A DNA stretch of 64,000 nt from Nostoc sp. T09 (GTDB lineage Bacteria; Cyanobacteriota; Cyanobacteriia; Cyanobacteriales; Nostocaceae): positions 7,528-71,527 of the forward strand of contig NZ_MTAV01000210.1 in NCBI RefSeq assembly GCF_002154695.1, in the 5' to 3' direction. Shown in pieces: positions 9,969 to 19,771 of the stretch. The notes beneath the pieces were generated by a model. The model did not search any database, was not told the origin of the DNA, and saw only the letters and a program-made list of their open reading frames with translations. The translations under genes were made by a program, and so were the position numbers. The first letter of the stretch is position 1. Every line of letters begins with the position of its first letter.

Positions 9969-10724
9969 TTATCCGCCAGACATCGCTTTGAGTTTTGATG
10001 TGAATGATTCGGTGCGATCGCTTTTATCGGGGGTAAATTGCCCAATGGCCCGATGATTGACACCATCTGACAGTAGTTGCTGTGGTTTATTACTGGCTGG
10101 AGAAACTGGAGAATCAGCCTGAAGGCTATTTTCGGTCTTGAGGCTGGGTTGTAGCTCAGAGTCCACTTGAGTTGTGGCAGCATTGATAGCCGTAGGTGTA
10201 GAAGATACTACAACGCCTTCTGTACCTTTACTAGCAAGTTGCATTTCTGCTTCACGCACTACTTTTAACGGGGCAAGTTTTTTTTGGCTATAGTCACGAT
10301 CCACCTTGGTTGGTGATGGATCACTGTTCACAGATGAGGATGCTAAATGATAATTAGTCTTCTCAACAGTGGTGATTTTCTTAGCAGGATATAAAACTGG
10401 TGTTGAAATTGAGGTTAAGCTTTCAGGAAATTTGCTGCAAATCAGGCGTTCAAATTCCATGTTGAAATGATAGGTAGCCTGACCCCGCCGTTGCCAGAAG
10501 TTTAAAATTTGCTGTACGGACACTGCTTTATAGCGACCTTGATACAATGCTTCGATCACTGCAATGTGTATCCACTCAAGTGGGTAATGGTGTTTCCAAC
10601 GTCTAATTAGCTCACTGACACTATAACCACTGAGGTCAAAGCTATAGTGAGTTAATAAGGCAGTCGCCAAGTCATTAGAAGTGTCTGTAACTGGTTTTAA
10701 CATCGAGCTATGAGCTTCAGACAT
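9969..10724 (-). CDS. conserved hypothetical protein
   Basis: 251-aa ORF with a structured N-terminal half and an S/T/P-rich C-terminal half. No motif recognised. Confidence 0.4.
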   Translation of the reverse strand: MSEAHSSMLKPVTDTSNDLATALLTHYSFDLSGYSVSELIRRWKHHYPLEWIHIAVIEALYQGRYKAVSVQQILNFWQRRGQATYHFNMEFERLICSKFPESLTSISTPVLYPAKKITTVEKTNYHLASSSVNSDPSPTKVDRDYSQKKLAPLKVVREAEMQLASKGTEGVVVSSTPTAINAATTQVDSELQPSLKTENSLQADSPVSPASNKPQQLLSDGVNHRAIGQFTPDKSDRTESFTSKLKAMSGG

Positions 10725-10829
10725 AGGTGATATTTTCTACCCATTGCGTATAGGCGAAATAACTTTTAACTACAGGGTTTTAGCCCAAGTATTTTTAAAT
10801 TAATAGGAAATGTTTCTTATTCTACTTGG

Positions 10830-12932
10830 TCAATTGGTTGTGTGCGACACGATATATGGTGATTTAATTGCACTTGTGCGCTGGATAGCAACCAATGCCT
10901 GATAAACCATAGCTGCTACTTCGGCGCGTGTCGCTTCACGAACTGGCACAAGCTGCTTAGGATCGGGATAATTCACTGCTATTTGCTGTTGGGTCGCAGT
11001 GGCTACAGCTTTACGGGCATATTCGGGAATCGCATTGCGATCGCTGTAAACAAGTAAGGTATCATTATCGGCTGCTGGTAAGGCCAGCCCATTGACCAAG
11101 GAGACTATTACTTGTAATCTTTGCACGTTTTGATCTGGGCGGAAGGTGCGATCGCTAAATCCGCTGACAAAGCCACCGCTAGCCGCGATTTGGATTGCCT
11201 TAGCAGCCCAAAAATCCTTGGCTACGTCAGTAAAATCGATGGCTGGACGTTTAGGAGTCGGGTTAAAAGCACCCGCCACTAAAGCCGCATACTGGGCGCG
11301 AGTCATCGGTTTATCTGGCTGATAGCTACCGTCAGCAAAACCTGTAGTTAAGCTCATACTCACTAATGCCCGAATAAATGCTTCTGCCCAATGTCCTTTC
11401 AGGTCGCTAAAGGAAGGAATATCAACATCAGGATTGACAATATAGGACGAAGGAATCGCTTTTTCTTGACCAATAGCTACTAATGCCTGGTAAATTATTG
11501 CCGCTACCTCAGCGCGGTTGATATCCCGCAGTGGTTCTAATTGTTCAGCTTTTGGATAGTTCACTACTAATAGTTTTTGAGTGGCAATTGCCACTGCATT
11601 AGTAGCGTAACTGGGAATTTGGGCGCGATCGCGGTAGACACTCAACACATTTGGGTTTCCCCCACTCCATTTCAAACCATTCACGATAGATACTATTGCC
11701 TGAATTCTGGTTAAGTTTTGTCCCGGCCGAAAAGTCCCATCAGGGAATCCACTGATAAAACCCATGTTGGCAGCACGCAAGATGGCTGATGCCGCCCAAT
11801 AGTCGGGTTTTACGTCCGTAAAATTACTGACTTTGCTACCATTGGGTGGTGGAAAAGTCTTGGCAATTATAGCAGCGTACTGGGCACGAGTGATCGGGGC
11901 ATTTGGGCTGAAGGAACCATCAGGAAAGCCACTGATCAAGTTTTTACTAACCAATGCTTCGACAAAAGCCGCTGCCCAATGTCCACCTAGGTCATAAAAA
12001 CTAGTGCCAACTGATACTTGACTAGCAGATTCTACCGTAGCTGAGAGAAAATCTACTGCTCCTTTTACCTGGATCGGATTCAACTGATTACCGACAGAAA
12101 TCAGCGGCTGTGATGTGACATTTTGTAAATCGAATTCTTTATTATCGCGAAAAACGTTACCAGCAGCGTCTTGAGTGCTACCTAAATCGGGGATCGCATT
12201 ACCATTTACCAACAGACCACCTTGGATATTGTTGGTAATCAGATTTTGCCGCAGTACAGGTCGTGCATCTCTAGAAAGAGCGATCGCGGTTTGGTTTTCT
12301 GATAGTTTATTATTTGCCACCAAAGGAGCAGCAGAGTCACTAATTGCGATCCCCAAGGCATTTTTCTGAAAAACATTCCGCAAGACTTCGCCTTTGCTAT
12401 TACGTGCCATCGTCAACCCACTGGCCGCATTTTGCAAAAATACGTTATCTAAAATTGCAGGTTTAGCTGTGCCTGTCGTAAATATACCTTCCCGCGCACA
12501 GTTAATAAATGTATTGTTAGCTACAGTTGGTGCTGTAGATTCGATCCAGACACCAGTACCTTTAGAAGTGGTATTTGTGACGCTTACGCCCCGGAGACTG
12601 GCGTCTTCCTGTAATAGCAGCGTAATGTTTTGCATACCAAAGCTAGGACTCTGATAAGTGCCATTACCAACGATCGCAATGCCAGCGCCTTTGCTGGCTT
12701 CATTACCTACCACGATCACCCCCGCAGGGATCATTAGTGGAAACACCTCACCAGTAGCAGCGCTATACGTACCAGGCCCCAACTGAATAATTGTAGATTT
12801 TGTAGATGCTTTTAAGGCACGGGTGAGACTTTTAAAGGGACTCAACCGTGAACCAGCGTTAGCATCATTCCCCTGTACAGAGTTGACATAGAGTGTGGTC
12901 ACGAGGGTAGAGTTCACCATTAGTTGTTGCAA
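10830..12932 (-). CDS. DUF1565 / right-handed parallel beta-helix surface protein with four C-terminal SLH domains
   Basis: N-terminus (NSVQGNDANAGSRLSPFKSLTRAL...GTYSAATGEVFPLMIP) and NxF/NNxI beta-helix repeats. C-terminal half has 4 SLH repeats (e.g. FYDLGGHWAAAFVEALVSKNLISGFPDGSFSPNAPITRAQYAAIIAKTF). The track start at 12932 is TTG; the first ATG is at 12920. Confidence 0.8.
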   Translation of the reverse strand: MQQLMVNSTLVTTLYVNSVQGNDANAGSRLSPFKSLTRALKASTKSTIIQLGPGTYSAATGEVFPLMIPAGVIVVGNEASKGAGIAIVGNGTYQSPSFGMQNITLLLQEDASLRGVSVTNTTSKGTGVWIESTAPTVANNTFINCAREGIFTTGTAKPAILDNVFLQNAASGLTMARNSKGEVLRNVFQKNALGIAISDSAAPLVANNKLSENQTAIALSRDARPVLRQNLITNNIQGGLLVNGNAIPDLGSTQDAAGNVFRDNKEFDLQNVTSQPLISVGNQLNPIQVKGAVDFLSATVESASQVSVGTSFYDLGGHWAAAFVEALVSKNLISGFPDGSFSPNAPITRAQYAAIIAKTFPPPNGSKVSNFTDVKPDYWAASAILRAANMGFISGFPDGTFRPGQNLTRIQAIVSIVNGLKWSGGNPNVLSVYRDRAQIPSYATNAVAIATQKLLVVNYPKAEQLEPLRDINRAEVAAIIYQALVAIGQEKAIPSSYIVNPDVDIPSFSDLKGHWAEAFIRALVSMSLTTGFADGSYQPDKPMTRAQYAALVAGAFNPTPKRPAIDFTDVAKDFWAAKAIQIAASGGFVSGFSDRTFRPDQNVQRLQVIVSLVNGLALPAADNDTLLVYSDRNAIPEYARKAVATATQQQIAVNYPDPKQLVPVREATRAEVAAMVYQALVAIQRTSAIKSPYIVSHTTN

Positions 12933-13164
12933 TTCAATTGTTTAAATTATGACAGCGATAAATAATAACCTAGTTATAATCACTCTTATAGAATAAGTAC
13001 ACCTACGTGCAAAATTTATCTGAGTAATTTCATCTGTAGATAGCTATAGCTTACCTACCTGTCTCAGAAAATTAGGGCATGGTAATTACCCCTGCTAGAA
13101 CGATCAAAGCATGGGCGATCGCGAAATCAAATCTATCCAAAGCCCTAGGCAGCAAAGATACAAG

Positions 13165-13202
13165 CTCGTAGTTGCGCTTTAGCGCTAAAGCGCAACTACG
13201 AG
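13165..13202. promoter_or_regulatory. perfect 38-bp palindrome (ctcgtagttgcgctttagcgctaaagcgcaactacgag)
   Basis: Exact inverted symmetry with 19-bp arms, immediately 3' of the cupin gene stop and 230 bp upstream of the SLH-protein start. No T-run follows, so it is not a classical terminator. Confidence 0.5.
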
Positions 13203-13206
13203 CCAG

Positions 13207-13668
13207 CTAACTTTCGTACAAAGTACCGTCTTTACGCGTGAAGATCCAACCGTTAGCAGTAGCTTGAGCCATCAAATCATCGTCTGGGTAGTGACCTTCA
13301 TCATCAGCAGTTCTATCCCCGATTTCCAAATAAACTACCGCCTCTTGGGAACGATTCACCAAGTGGTGTCCATTGGCCTCACCCGCGGGAAAACCTGCCA
13401 TCATTCCCGGCTGGAGAATGTGCGCACCTTCGTTAGTAACTAGAGTAACTTCACCTTCGATGACATAGATAAACTCATCTTGTCGAGTGTGCCAATGTCG
13501 CAAAGCCGAACAACTTCCTGGAGCCAGAGTTACTAAGTTGACACCAAAATTTTTCAATCCGGCTGCATTACCTACAGCTTTTTTAACTCTTCCTAGCACA
13601 AAAGATTTAAATTCTTGAGGATAATTTGTAGTTGTCCGATTGGGTACATTTTCTGGGTTAATAATCAT
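13207..13668 (-). CDS. cupin domain protein
   Basis: 153 aa with the two-motif cupin pattern (HWHTRQDEFIYVIEGEV...GFPAGEANGHHL). Confidence 0.7.
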   Translation of the reverse strand: MIINPENVPNRTTTNYPQEFKSFVLGRVKKAVGNAAGLKNFGVNLVTLAPGSCSALRHWHTRQDEFIYVIEGEVTLVTNEGAHILQPGMMAGFPAGEANGHHLVNRSQEAVVYLEIGDRTADDEGHYPDDDLMAQATANGWIFTRKDGTLYES

Positions 13669-13681
13669 CTGCTTCTAGGGA

Positions 13682-14095
13682 TCATTGCTTGTAACGATAC
13701 ATCAACTGAATTCCGCCTACCTCATTAGTAAAGTCCCAGCGTTGATAAAAGGGGATCATTTCTGGCAAGCAGTAAAGAGCAATTTGCTCAACATCACATA
13801 ATTGGGGATGATTAATCGCTGCATCAATCAACTTAGCACCAAGCCCCATTTTTCTGTGGCTAGGTTTGATGATGACATCGTAAACAGTTGCCCGATAGAT
13901 AAAATCTGTAAGAATACGCGTAAAACCAATTAATTGTTTGCCCTCATCAACTAAGCCAATAATAATATTTGACGCAGCAAGCATCTTGGCAACATCTTGA
14001 TATGTACGTTTTTTACTCCAAAATTCGTTTTTGTACAAATCAACTAATTCCACAATTTGATTGTCCGTCAGATGGTCAACAATTTCATAATTCAT
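13682..14095 (-). CDS. GNAT family N-acetyltransferase
   Basis: 137 aa with acetyl-CoA binding motif (RKMGLGAKLIDAAINH). Confidence 0.75.
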   Translation of the reverse strand: MNYEIVDHLTDNQIVELVDLYKNEFWSKKRTYQDVAKMLAASNIIIGLVDEGKQLIGFTRILTDFIYRATVYDVIIKPSHRKMGLGAKLIDAAINHPQLCDVEQIALYCLPEMIPFYQRWDFTNEVGGIQLMYRYKQ

Positions 14096-14201
14096 GATCG
14101 GTTAAGGAATTGAAAAAGGGAACGAGCAATAAGCAGTAGAATATCGCTCATATCAATCTTGTTATCATGGCAATAAGCCGCTACCAAGAGGAGCTTAAGC
14201 C

Positions 14202-14840
14202 ATGTTTGCCCTTGTCTCCTTAGAAAAAATTCAATTACCCTCTGGATCTGTAGTGCGGTTGCCAGCTACCTGGCAAGAGTATCAAATCCTCTGTCAGCAG
14301 CGAGGAGATGGGTCAATTCCGCGCATCAAATACCGCGATGGAGAAGTATTGCTGATGTCACCTTTACCTGTGCATGGTCGAGATGCTCATTTGATTGCCA
14401 ATATCGTCGTCACTCTTTTGGATCACGATGGACGGGAATACGATGCGTTTACACCCGTGACGATGGAACTGCCCCAAGAAAGCGGCATTGAACCTGACTA
14501 TTGTTTCTACATCGACAATTGGCAAGCGGTTTCTGGCAAAAAGCGGATCGACTGGCAACAAGATCCACCGCCGGATCTCGTCATCGAAATTGATGTGACC
14601 AGTTATTCTGATTTCCAAGACTATCTTCCCTACCGCGTTCCTGAAATTTGGTTATTTAAAAAGCAGCGGTTATTGATTTATCAACTGCAAGGAGAAGATT
14701 ACCAACTGCAAATCCACAGTCGCTATTTTCCAGAGTTTGACTTGCAAAGTGCCATCGCTAGCTGTGTCCAAATTGCTTATGAACGCAATACCAGCGCAGC
14801 CATCCGCTACCTTAAACAGCAGCTAAAGGACAATTCTTAA
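14202..14840 (+). CDS. Uma2 family (DUF820) putative endonuclease
   Basis: 212 aa with the typical Uma2 pattern (YEIL..RGDGSIPRIKYRDGEVLLMSP...H) and conserved D/E residues. The family is highly expanded in cyanobacteria. Confidence 0.7.
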   Translation: MFALVSLEKIQLPSGSVVRLPATWQEYQILCQQRGDGSIPRIKYRDGEVLLMSPLPVHGRDAHLIANIVVTLLDHDGREYDAFTPVTMELPQESGIEPDYCFYIDNWQAVSGKKRIDWQQDPPPDLVIEIDVTSYSDFQDYLPYRVPEIWLFKKQRLLIYQLQGEDYQLQIHSRYFPEFDLQSAIASCVQIAYERNTSAAIRYLKQQLKDNS

Positions 14841-14862
14841 TTACCTTTTAAGATTTTCCTCG

Positions 14863-15756
14863 TTAATAAGTGGATTTAGCCAAAGTATAAAAGTCAAATT
14901 TCTTCAGCATTTCTAAAAATGTGAACACCGCCGGAATATGAAGTCCATTAGATAAGACAGCAACTGCCATAACTCTTTCTAGCGGTATTGGTAAACTATA
15001 TACCTGGACATTGTGTGGAATCGGTACAGCTGCTAAACGAGGAAGAATAGCGGCTCTCAGCCCTTGATTTACTAAGCTGACAACAGTAGAGTCTTCCTGA
15101 ATATTGCTAATAGTATTCATAAAGTTTGCTACATTTTTCAAGTGATTATGCAGAGGGCGTCCACAGGGTAGACAAGATAGCAAAACTGGGGAATATACAC
15201 CTATATCTTCCCAAGTAATTGTCGAACTGCTAACTTTGGCGTTTGGTGGTAGCAGCGCTACATATTCATCCCTAATAATTTCCCACACCTCAAACTCATC
15301 GCTAGTAGGTAAATAGGTAATGCCAATATCGGCACGTCCTTCGCGCAAACACTGTTCTACCTCAATGTAGGAAAGACACTCTATGATTGTCACAGCAACT
15401 TCTGGGAATTGATCGTGAAACTGTGCGATCGCTTTGGGTAATAAATGGGTAGCAACACTGCGAAAAGCTGCAATCCGTACATGACCACCGTGTAAACCTT
15501 TATGCAGATTCGCTTCTTTTTGCATCATCTCTAGATGTTGCAATGACTCACGAGCATGATATAAAATGCGCTCTCCAGCAGGTGTGAGGACAGCACCATG
15601 ACGACCTCTAGCAAATAAAGGCACACCTAATTCTTCTTCTAAAGTGGCGATCGCATGACTAATTGCTGGTTGCGAAAGTTGCAATTCTAAGGCTGCCTCA
15701 CTGAAGTTACCACAATCTGCTACTGCAACTACGGCTCGAAGTTGGGAGAGTTTCAT
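14863..15756 (-). CDS. LysR family transcriptional regulator
   Basis: N-terminal wHTH (MKLSQLRAVVAVADCGNFSEAALELQLSQPAISHAIATLEEELGVPLF) plus a LysR substrate-binding domain. Start moved to the internal Met at 15756 because the track ORF carries a non-homologous 37-aa extension. Confidence 0.85.
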   Translation of the reverse strand: MKLSQLRAVVAVADCGNFSEAALELQLSQPAISHAIATLEEELGVPLFARGRHGAVLTPAGERILYHARESLQHLEMMQKEANLHKGLHGGHVRIAAFRSVATHLLPKAIAQFHDQFPEVAVTIIECLSYIEVEQCLREGRADIGITYLPTSDEFEVWEIIRDEYVALLPPNAKVSSSTITWEDIGVYSPVLLSCLPCGRPLHNHLKNVANFMNTISNIQEDSTVVSLVNQGLRAAILPRLAAVPIPHNVQVYSLPIPLERVMAVAVLSNGLHIPAVFTFLEMLKKFDFYTLAKSTY

Positions 15757-15933
15757 GGTCAATTGCTGAGATAGAGGTAAGAAAATTCCTGATTTAATTG
15801 TCTCAAAAAGATTGTATTCAGGTTTTTTATATCTATAAATGGCATTTATAGAAACTATACAAGCCATGTTTTGATTAATAACTCAGGGGTTGTTACAGTT
15901 CGTATGTAATGAGCATCTATCGGGAATAATGCT

Positions 15934-16206
15934 ATGAGAAATGAAATTAGATGTCTGCAACCCGAAGAGATAGAAATAGCTTCTAGAACCAGAAATATCT
16001 TCACATCTGTCTGCCAAGCCTTGCATGGTTTTTGGCAAAATGCAATTCAAACACTACTAGCACCTGACGAATTACAAGTTATACAAAAGGTTGACCGCCA
16101 AGGTAATATCTATTGGCAAGCTTACGACCCTGTTACAGGAAAGTCCTTCTCTTCCGGTTCGGAAGTTGATGTATCTATGTGGATTGAGCAGCTTTACAAA
16201 CACTAA
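15934..16206 (+). CDS. small hypothetical protein
   Basis: 90-aa ORF divergent from the LysR gene, no motif recognised. Could be the LysR target. Confidence 0.3.
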   Translation: MRNEIRCLQPEEIEIASRTRNIFTSVCQALHGFWQNAIQTLLAPDELQVIQKVDRQGNIYWQAYDPVTGKSFSSGSEVDVSMWIEQLYKH

Positions 16207-16214
16207 AAATCAAC

Positions 16215-16883
16215 ATGACACAACTTACCTTAGTAATTGGTAATAAAAATTATTCATCTTGGTCATTACGTCCTTGGTTAGCTTTGAAGCAATTCGGGGT
16301 GCAATTTGATGAAATTCGTATTCCTCTCTACACCCCAGAAACAACATCAAAACTTCGGCAATATTCGCCCTCAGCAAAAGTACCAGTGCTATTACACAAT
16401 AATCAAACCATCTGGGATTCTCTAGCGATTTGTGAATACTTAGCTGAAGAATTTCCCCATCTGCATTTGTGGTCAGAAGATAAAATAGCTAGAGCATTAG
16501 CTCGTTCTATTAGTGCAGAAATGCACTCAGGATTTCAAAATCTCCGGCAGAATATGCCCATGAATTGCCGAGCTAAATTACCTGGTAAAGGTCTAACACT
16601 TGAGGTGCAAAAGGATATTGACCGTATTACCAGCATTTGGCAAGAATTCCGTCAAAAATTTGCAGCAGATGGCGATATGTTGTTTGGCAAGTTTACAATT
16701 GCTGATGCGATGTTTGCCCCTGTAGTATTACGATTTGTCACTTACGATGTGCAATTAGATAGTATTTCTAGAAAATATGTGGAGACAATTTTAGAACTTC
16801 CTGCAATCCAAGACTGGATACAAGCAGCTAAAAATGAGACAGAAGTTCTTTCTCAATACGAGTTGTATAGCAATCCTATTTGA
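16215..16883 (+). CDS. glutathione S-transferase
   Basis: 222 aa with a thioredoxin-like N-terminal domain (LTLVIGNKNYSSWSLRPWLAL...VPVLL...IWDSLAICEYL) and an alpha-helical C-terminal domain. Confidence 0.8.
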   Translation: MTQLTLVIGNKNYSSWSLRPWLALKQFGVQFDEIRIPLYTPETTSKLRQYSPSAKVPVLLHNNQTIWDSLAICEYLAEEFPHLHLWSEDKIARALARSISAEMHSGFQNLRQNMPMNCRAKLPGKGLTLEVQKDIDRITSIWQEFRQKFAADGDMLFGKFTIADAMFAPVVLRFVTYDVQLDSISRKYVETILELPAIQDWIQAAKNETEVLSQYELYSNPI

Positions 16884-16923
16884 TTCCTGAATCACTTGTA
16901 GATACAGAAAACAGACAAATTAT

Positions 16924-17469
16924 TCATCTGTGTTTATCGGTGTTTATCTGTGGTTGAATTCTCATTAAATCAACTTTCATCTTAAAAGAAATACCGCCAA
17001 CTCGGTTGATTACCTCACTACCATCAACGACTTCCCAACCCAATCGTTGATATAAACGTAAAGCCGGATTTGAGCTTCTAATGCTCAGTGATATAGAAGG
17101 ATAATAGGCTTTCGCTGCTGACAACAAGTGAGTGAGTAACTGCGTACCTATGCCCTGATTTCTATATTCGGGGAGAATGGCGATCGCAAGTTCAGGCGTT
17201 TGGCTATCAACATAACCATACCCGCGATTTTCACCAGTCAGTAACCGCAGCCATGCAGCGCCTACTGGCTGATTACTACTTACCTGGGTAGCAAGGAAGC
17301 CCATATCATCTTTAGTTCCCCAGTTATTAACATATCTAGCTAATTCAGGATGATTCATCGCATCCTGCACCGTCAGATTCCCTTCTTCGGTCATGTGCGC
17401 CGCTTCATATAGCATTTGCCAGAGAAAAGGCTCATCTTTCTGCGTCAGTGGACGAATTGAATAATTCAT
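16924..17469 (-). CDS. GNAT family N-acetyltransferase
   Basis: 181 aa with motif A (ILPEYRNQGIGTQLLTHLLSAAKA). Confidence 0.8.
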   Translation of the reverse strand: MNYSIRPLTQKDEPFLWQMLYEAAHMTEEGNLTVQDAMNHPELARYVNNWGTKDDMGFLATQVSSNQPVGAAWLRLLTGENRGYGYVDSQTPELAIAILPEYRNQGIGTQLLTHLLSAAKAYYPSISLSIRSSNPALRLYQRLGWEVVDGSEVINRVGGISFKMKVDLMRIQPQINTDKHR

Positions 17470-17745
17470 ATTTCAATATTTTGGAAATAGATATCTATTC
17501 AGGCTGCTATGAGAAGCATTTAAGAATAAAAAATCGATATTTACAGCCTTTTTCCTTTATTTGAGCTATCTATCTCTTCATGGCGCAATATTTTAACTGC
17601 ATGGTCTGTAAATATAGGTTTTTCCTAACTTATACCAATTAAACTAATGATTGCAACACATTTTTGCTTCAAGACGCGATTCATCGCGTCTCTACAGATG
17701 GTCTATTTGTCACATTCTTTTTTCAAATTGGTATTATTTAAAAAA

Positions 17746-17967
17746 ATCGCGATGTTATTGATAAACGTCGCAATGTTATCGATGAACGCCTCGATGTTAT
17801 CGATGAACGCCTCGATGTTATCGATGAACGTCGCAATGTTATTGATAAACGTCGCGATGTTATTGATAAACGTCGCGATGTTATCGATGAACGCCGCGAT
17901 GTTATTGATGAACGCCGCGATGTTATTGATGAACGCCACGATGTTATTGATAAACATCGCGATGTTA
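17746..17967. repeat. tandem array of ~10.5 x 21-bp repeats (unit cgcgatgttattgataaacgt and variants)
   Basis: Strict 21-nt period. Units differ at 4-5 fixed positions (pos 3, 12, 16, 21). All six frames are open across the array (e.g. NIATFIN heptads on the minus strand, MLSMNAS on the plus strand). Confidence 0.9.
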
Positions 17968-18021
17968 GTAACTAAATCTCCTTTTTGTCTCTCTTGTCGT
18001 TGATATTCTCCTGATTCTTCC

Positions 18022-18588
18022 TCAACCCCCAGGTAAATTGCTCAGTGGAGTTGGTAAACCATCAATACTGACAAGATTTTTTTGCTGTTGATATTCTCTA
18101 ACTCCCTCTTCGCCTTTTTTGGTTGCCCAATTTACTAAAGTCTGCCGCTGTCCTTGATATTCGTAGATTGGTACGCCAAAGCCACAAGAAGTTTGCACTC
18201 GTTCAATATCAGCTATGATAACTTGACGAGTTCCAGGCAAGGAAGGAAACAGAGACTCAACAGATTTCCAATCTGGAGTACCTGGCAAAATCGTGTATCC
18301 TTGACCGTAGAGGCGCAAAATCCGGGCAGGTTCTTGAAAAGCGCAAAATAAAAAGGTAATCCGCCCATTTTCTTGCAGATGTGCTGAAGTTTCGTTACCA
18401 CTACCTGTTAGATCTAAGTAGCCTACGCGGTTGGGAGAAAGCACGCGAAAACTCTCCATTCCTTTGGGAGATAGGTTAACGTGACCAGTAGGACTCAAAG
18501 GTGCGCTACCTACAAAAAAAAGGTGTTGGGCAGCAATAAATTCTTGTAGTTCCTCAGTGATACAGTCAAAAACTTTAGCCATAACCAA
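18022..18588 (-). CDS. pyridoxamine 5'-phosphate oxidase family (FMN-binding split-barrel) protein
   Basis: 188 aa. Overall pattern matches PNPOx-like proteins (...GHVNLSPKG...RVGYLDLTGSG.ET..HL..NGR.TFLFCAF...). Confidence 0.65.
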   Translation of the reverse strand: MVMAKVFDCITEELQEFIAAQHLFFVGSAPLSPTGHVNLSPKGMESFRVLSPNRVGYLDLTGSGNETSAHLQENGRITFLFCAFQEPARILRLYGQGYTILPGTPDWKSVESLFPSLPGTRQVIIADIERVQTSCGFGVPIYEYQGQRQTLVNWATKKGEEGVREYQQQKNLVSIDGLPTPLSNLPGG

Positions 18589-18772
18589 GTAAATTTAGAA
18601 ATTTTCTATGTTCTCAGCCTATTTCTTAGCTAGGGATTAAGCAAGGGTTGACTTTTACTACCATGCTGTTCAAGCTAAATTAATAGCCACGAATTTGGCG
18701 GTGTCTACGACGAGCTACGGCTATGCGCTGTTGGTTCATCACAATAATTGCATCCCCATTTCTCAATTGTGA

Positions 18773-19717
18773 ATGTCTTCAATTTTTTTGCCTCCTACGA
18801 TACAACCTATCTATAGCGCAATTGCCCAACGATCTGGAGTTGATTTATCTGTACTCCGCCTTGATTGTATGCACCCGTGGGTTAATGGCAATAAGTGGTT
18901 CAAGCTGAAGTACAACCTCTTGGAGGCTAAACAGAAAAATTGCACAACGTTGCTGACCTTTGGTGGTGCTTATTCTAACCATATCTTTGCCACCGCCGCC
19001 GCCGGAAATCTTTTCGGCTTCCGCACTATTGGCATGATTCGGGGAGAGGAGAGATTGCCACTGAACCCGACACTGAGTTTTGCTGTACAACAAGGAATGC
19101 AGCTTTTCTACCTTGACCGCGAGAAATACCGACAACGAAAAACAACAGCATTACATACAGAATTACAGCAACGCTTCGGTGAGGTGTTTATCATTCCTGA
19201 AGGTGGCGGCAATCTCAACGGTGTACGCGGTTGTATGGAAATAGTAAACACGGCAGCATTTGATACTGTATGTGTTGCTTGTGGTACAGGTACTACCTTA
19301 GCCGGAATTATACTGTCGCTGCAAAAAGGTCAGCGCGCCATCGGCTTTCCCGTTCTCAAAAATGGGGCATTTCTCGCGCCGGAAATAGATAGTTGGCTGA
19401 AGAATTACCTCGCCTCTGGTTTCCCAATTGTTAATGAGGCGATGTCTACGACGGGCTACGCCTACGCATCTTGGGAATTAATATGTGATTATCACATGGG
19501 TGGTTATGCCAAGGTGAACGATGAACTATTAATGTTTAGCCAGCAATTCACCCAAGAACACGGCATACCTTTAGATTATGTCTACACTGCCAAAATGTTT
19601 TACGGAGTGATGGATTTGCTCAAGCAGGGATTCTTTCCTGTTGGCGATCGCCTACTGTTGATACACACTGGTGGCTTACAGGGCAATCTCGGCATGGAGA
19701 AGCGGTTGCTTCAGTAA
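18773..19717 (+). CDS. 1-aminocyclopropane-1-carboxylate deaminase / D-cysteine desulfhydrase family PLP enzyme
   Basis: 314 aa. MHPWVNGNKWFKLKYNL matches the PLP-lysine region (..SGNKxRKL), plus TFGGAYSNHIFATAAAG and a C-terminal HTGGLQG motif. Confidence 0.8.
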   Translation: MSSIFLPPTIQPIYSAIAQRSGVDLSVLRLDCMHPWVNGNKWFKLKYNLLEAKQKNCTTLLTFGGAYSNHIFATAAAGNLFGFRTIGMIRGEERLPLNPTLSFAVQQGMQLFYLDREKYRQRKTTALHTELQQRFGEVFIIPEGGGNLNGVRGCMEIVNTAAFDTVCVACGTGTTLAGIILSLQKGQRAIGFPVLKNGAFLAPEIDSWLKNYLASGFPIVNEAMSTTGYAYASWELICDYHMGGYAKVNDELLMFSQQFTQEHGIPLDYVYTAKMFYGVMDLLKQGFFPVGDRLLLIHTGGLQGNLGMEKRLLQ

Positions 19718-19771
19718 TTGAACAGGGTAAGGGCATCTGTTCCCTGTTGCCCGTTCCCTGTTCCCTTTTAA

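Noticed and set aside
9926-10183. 85-aa ORF 9926-10183 as a separate gene
   Set aside because: It overlaps the 3' part of the 9969-10724 ORF in another frame on the same strand; the longer ORF is retained.
17746-17967. Possible CRISPR array (regular short repeats)
   Set aside because: The period is 21 bp with no unique spacers: the units are near-identical degenerate copies. No leader or cas genes lie nearby, and the same holds for the arrays at 41552-41783 and 63735-63975. These are tandem minisatellite-type repeats, not CRISPR.
17647-18003. Track ORFs running through the tandem arrays (17647-18003 +, 17703-17957 -, 41524-41858 +, 41549-41731 -, 63691-63969 -, 63755-64000 +) as protein-coding genes
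   Set aside because: Every frame on both strands is open simply because the repeat unit lacks stop codons, so ORF presence is uninformative. I report them as repeats and leave coding potential as an open question in the findings rather than calling CDSs.
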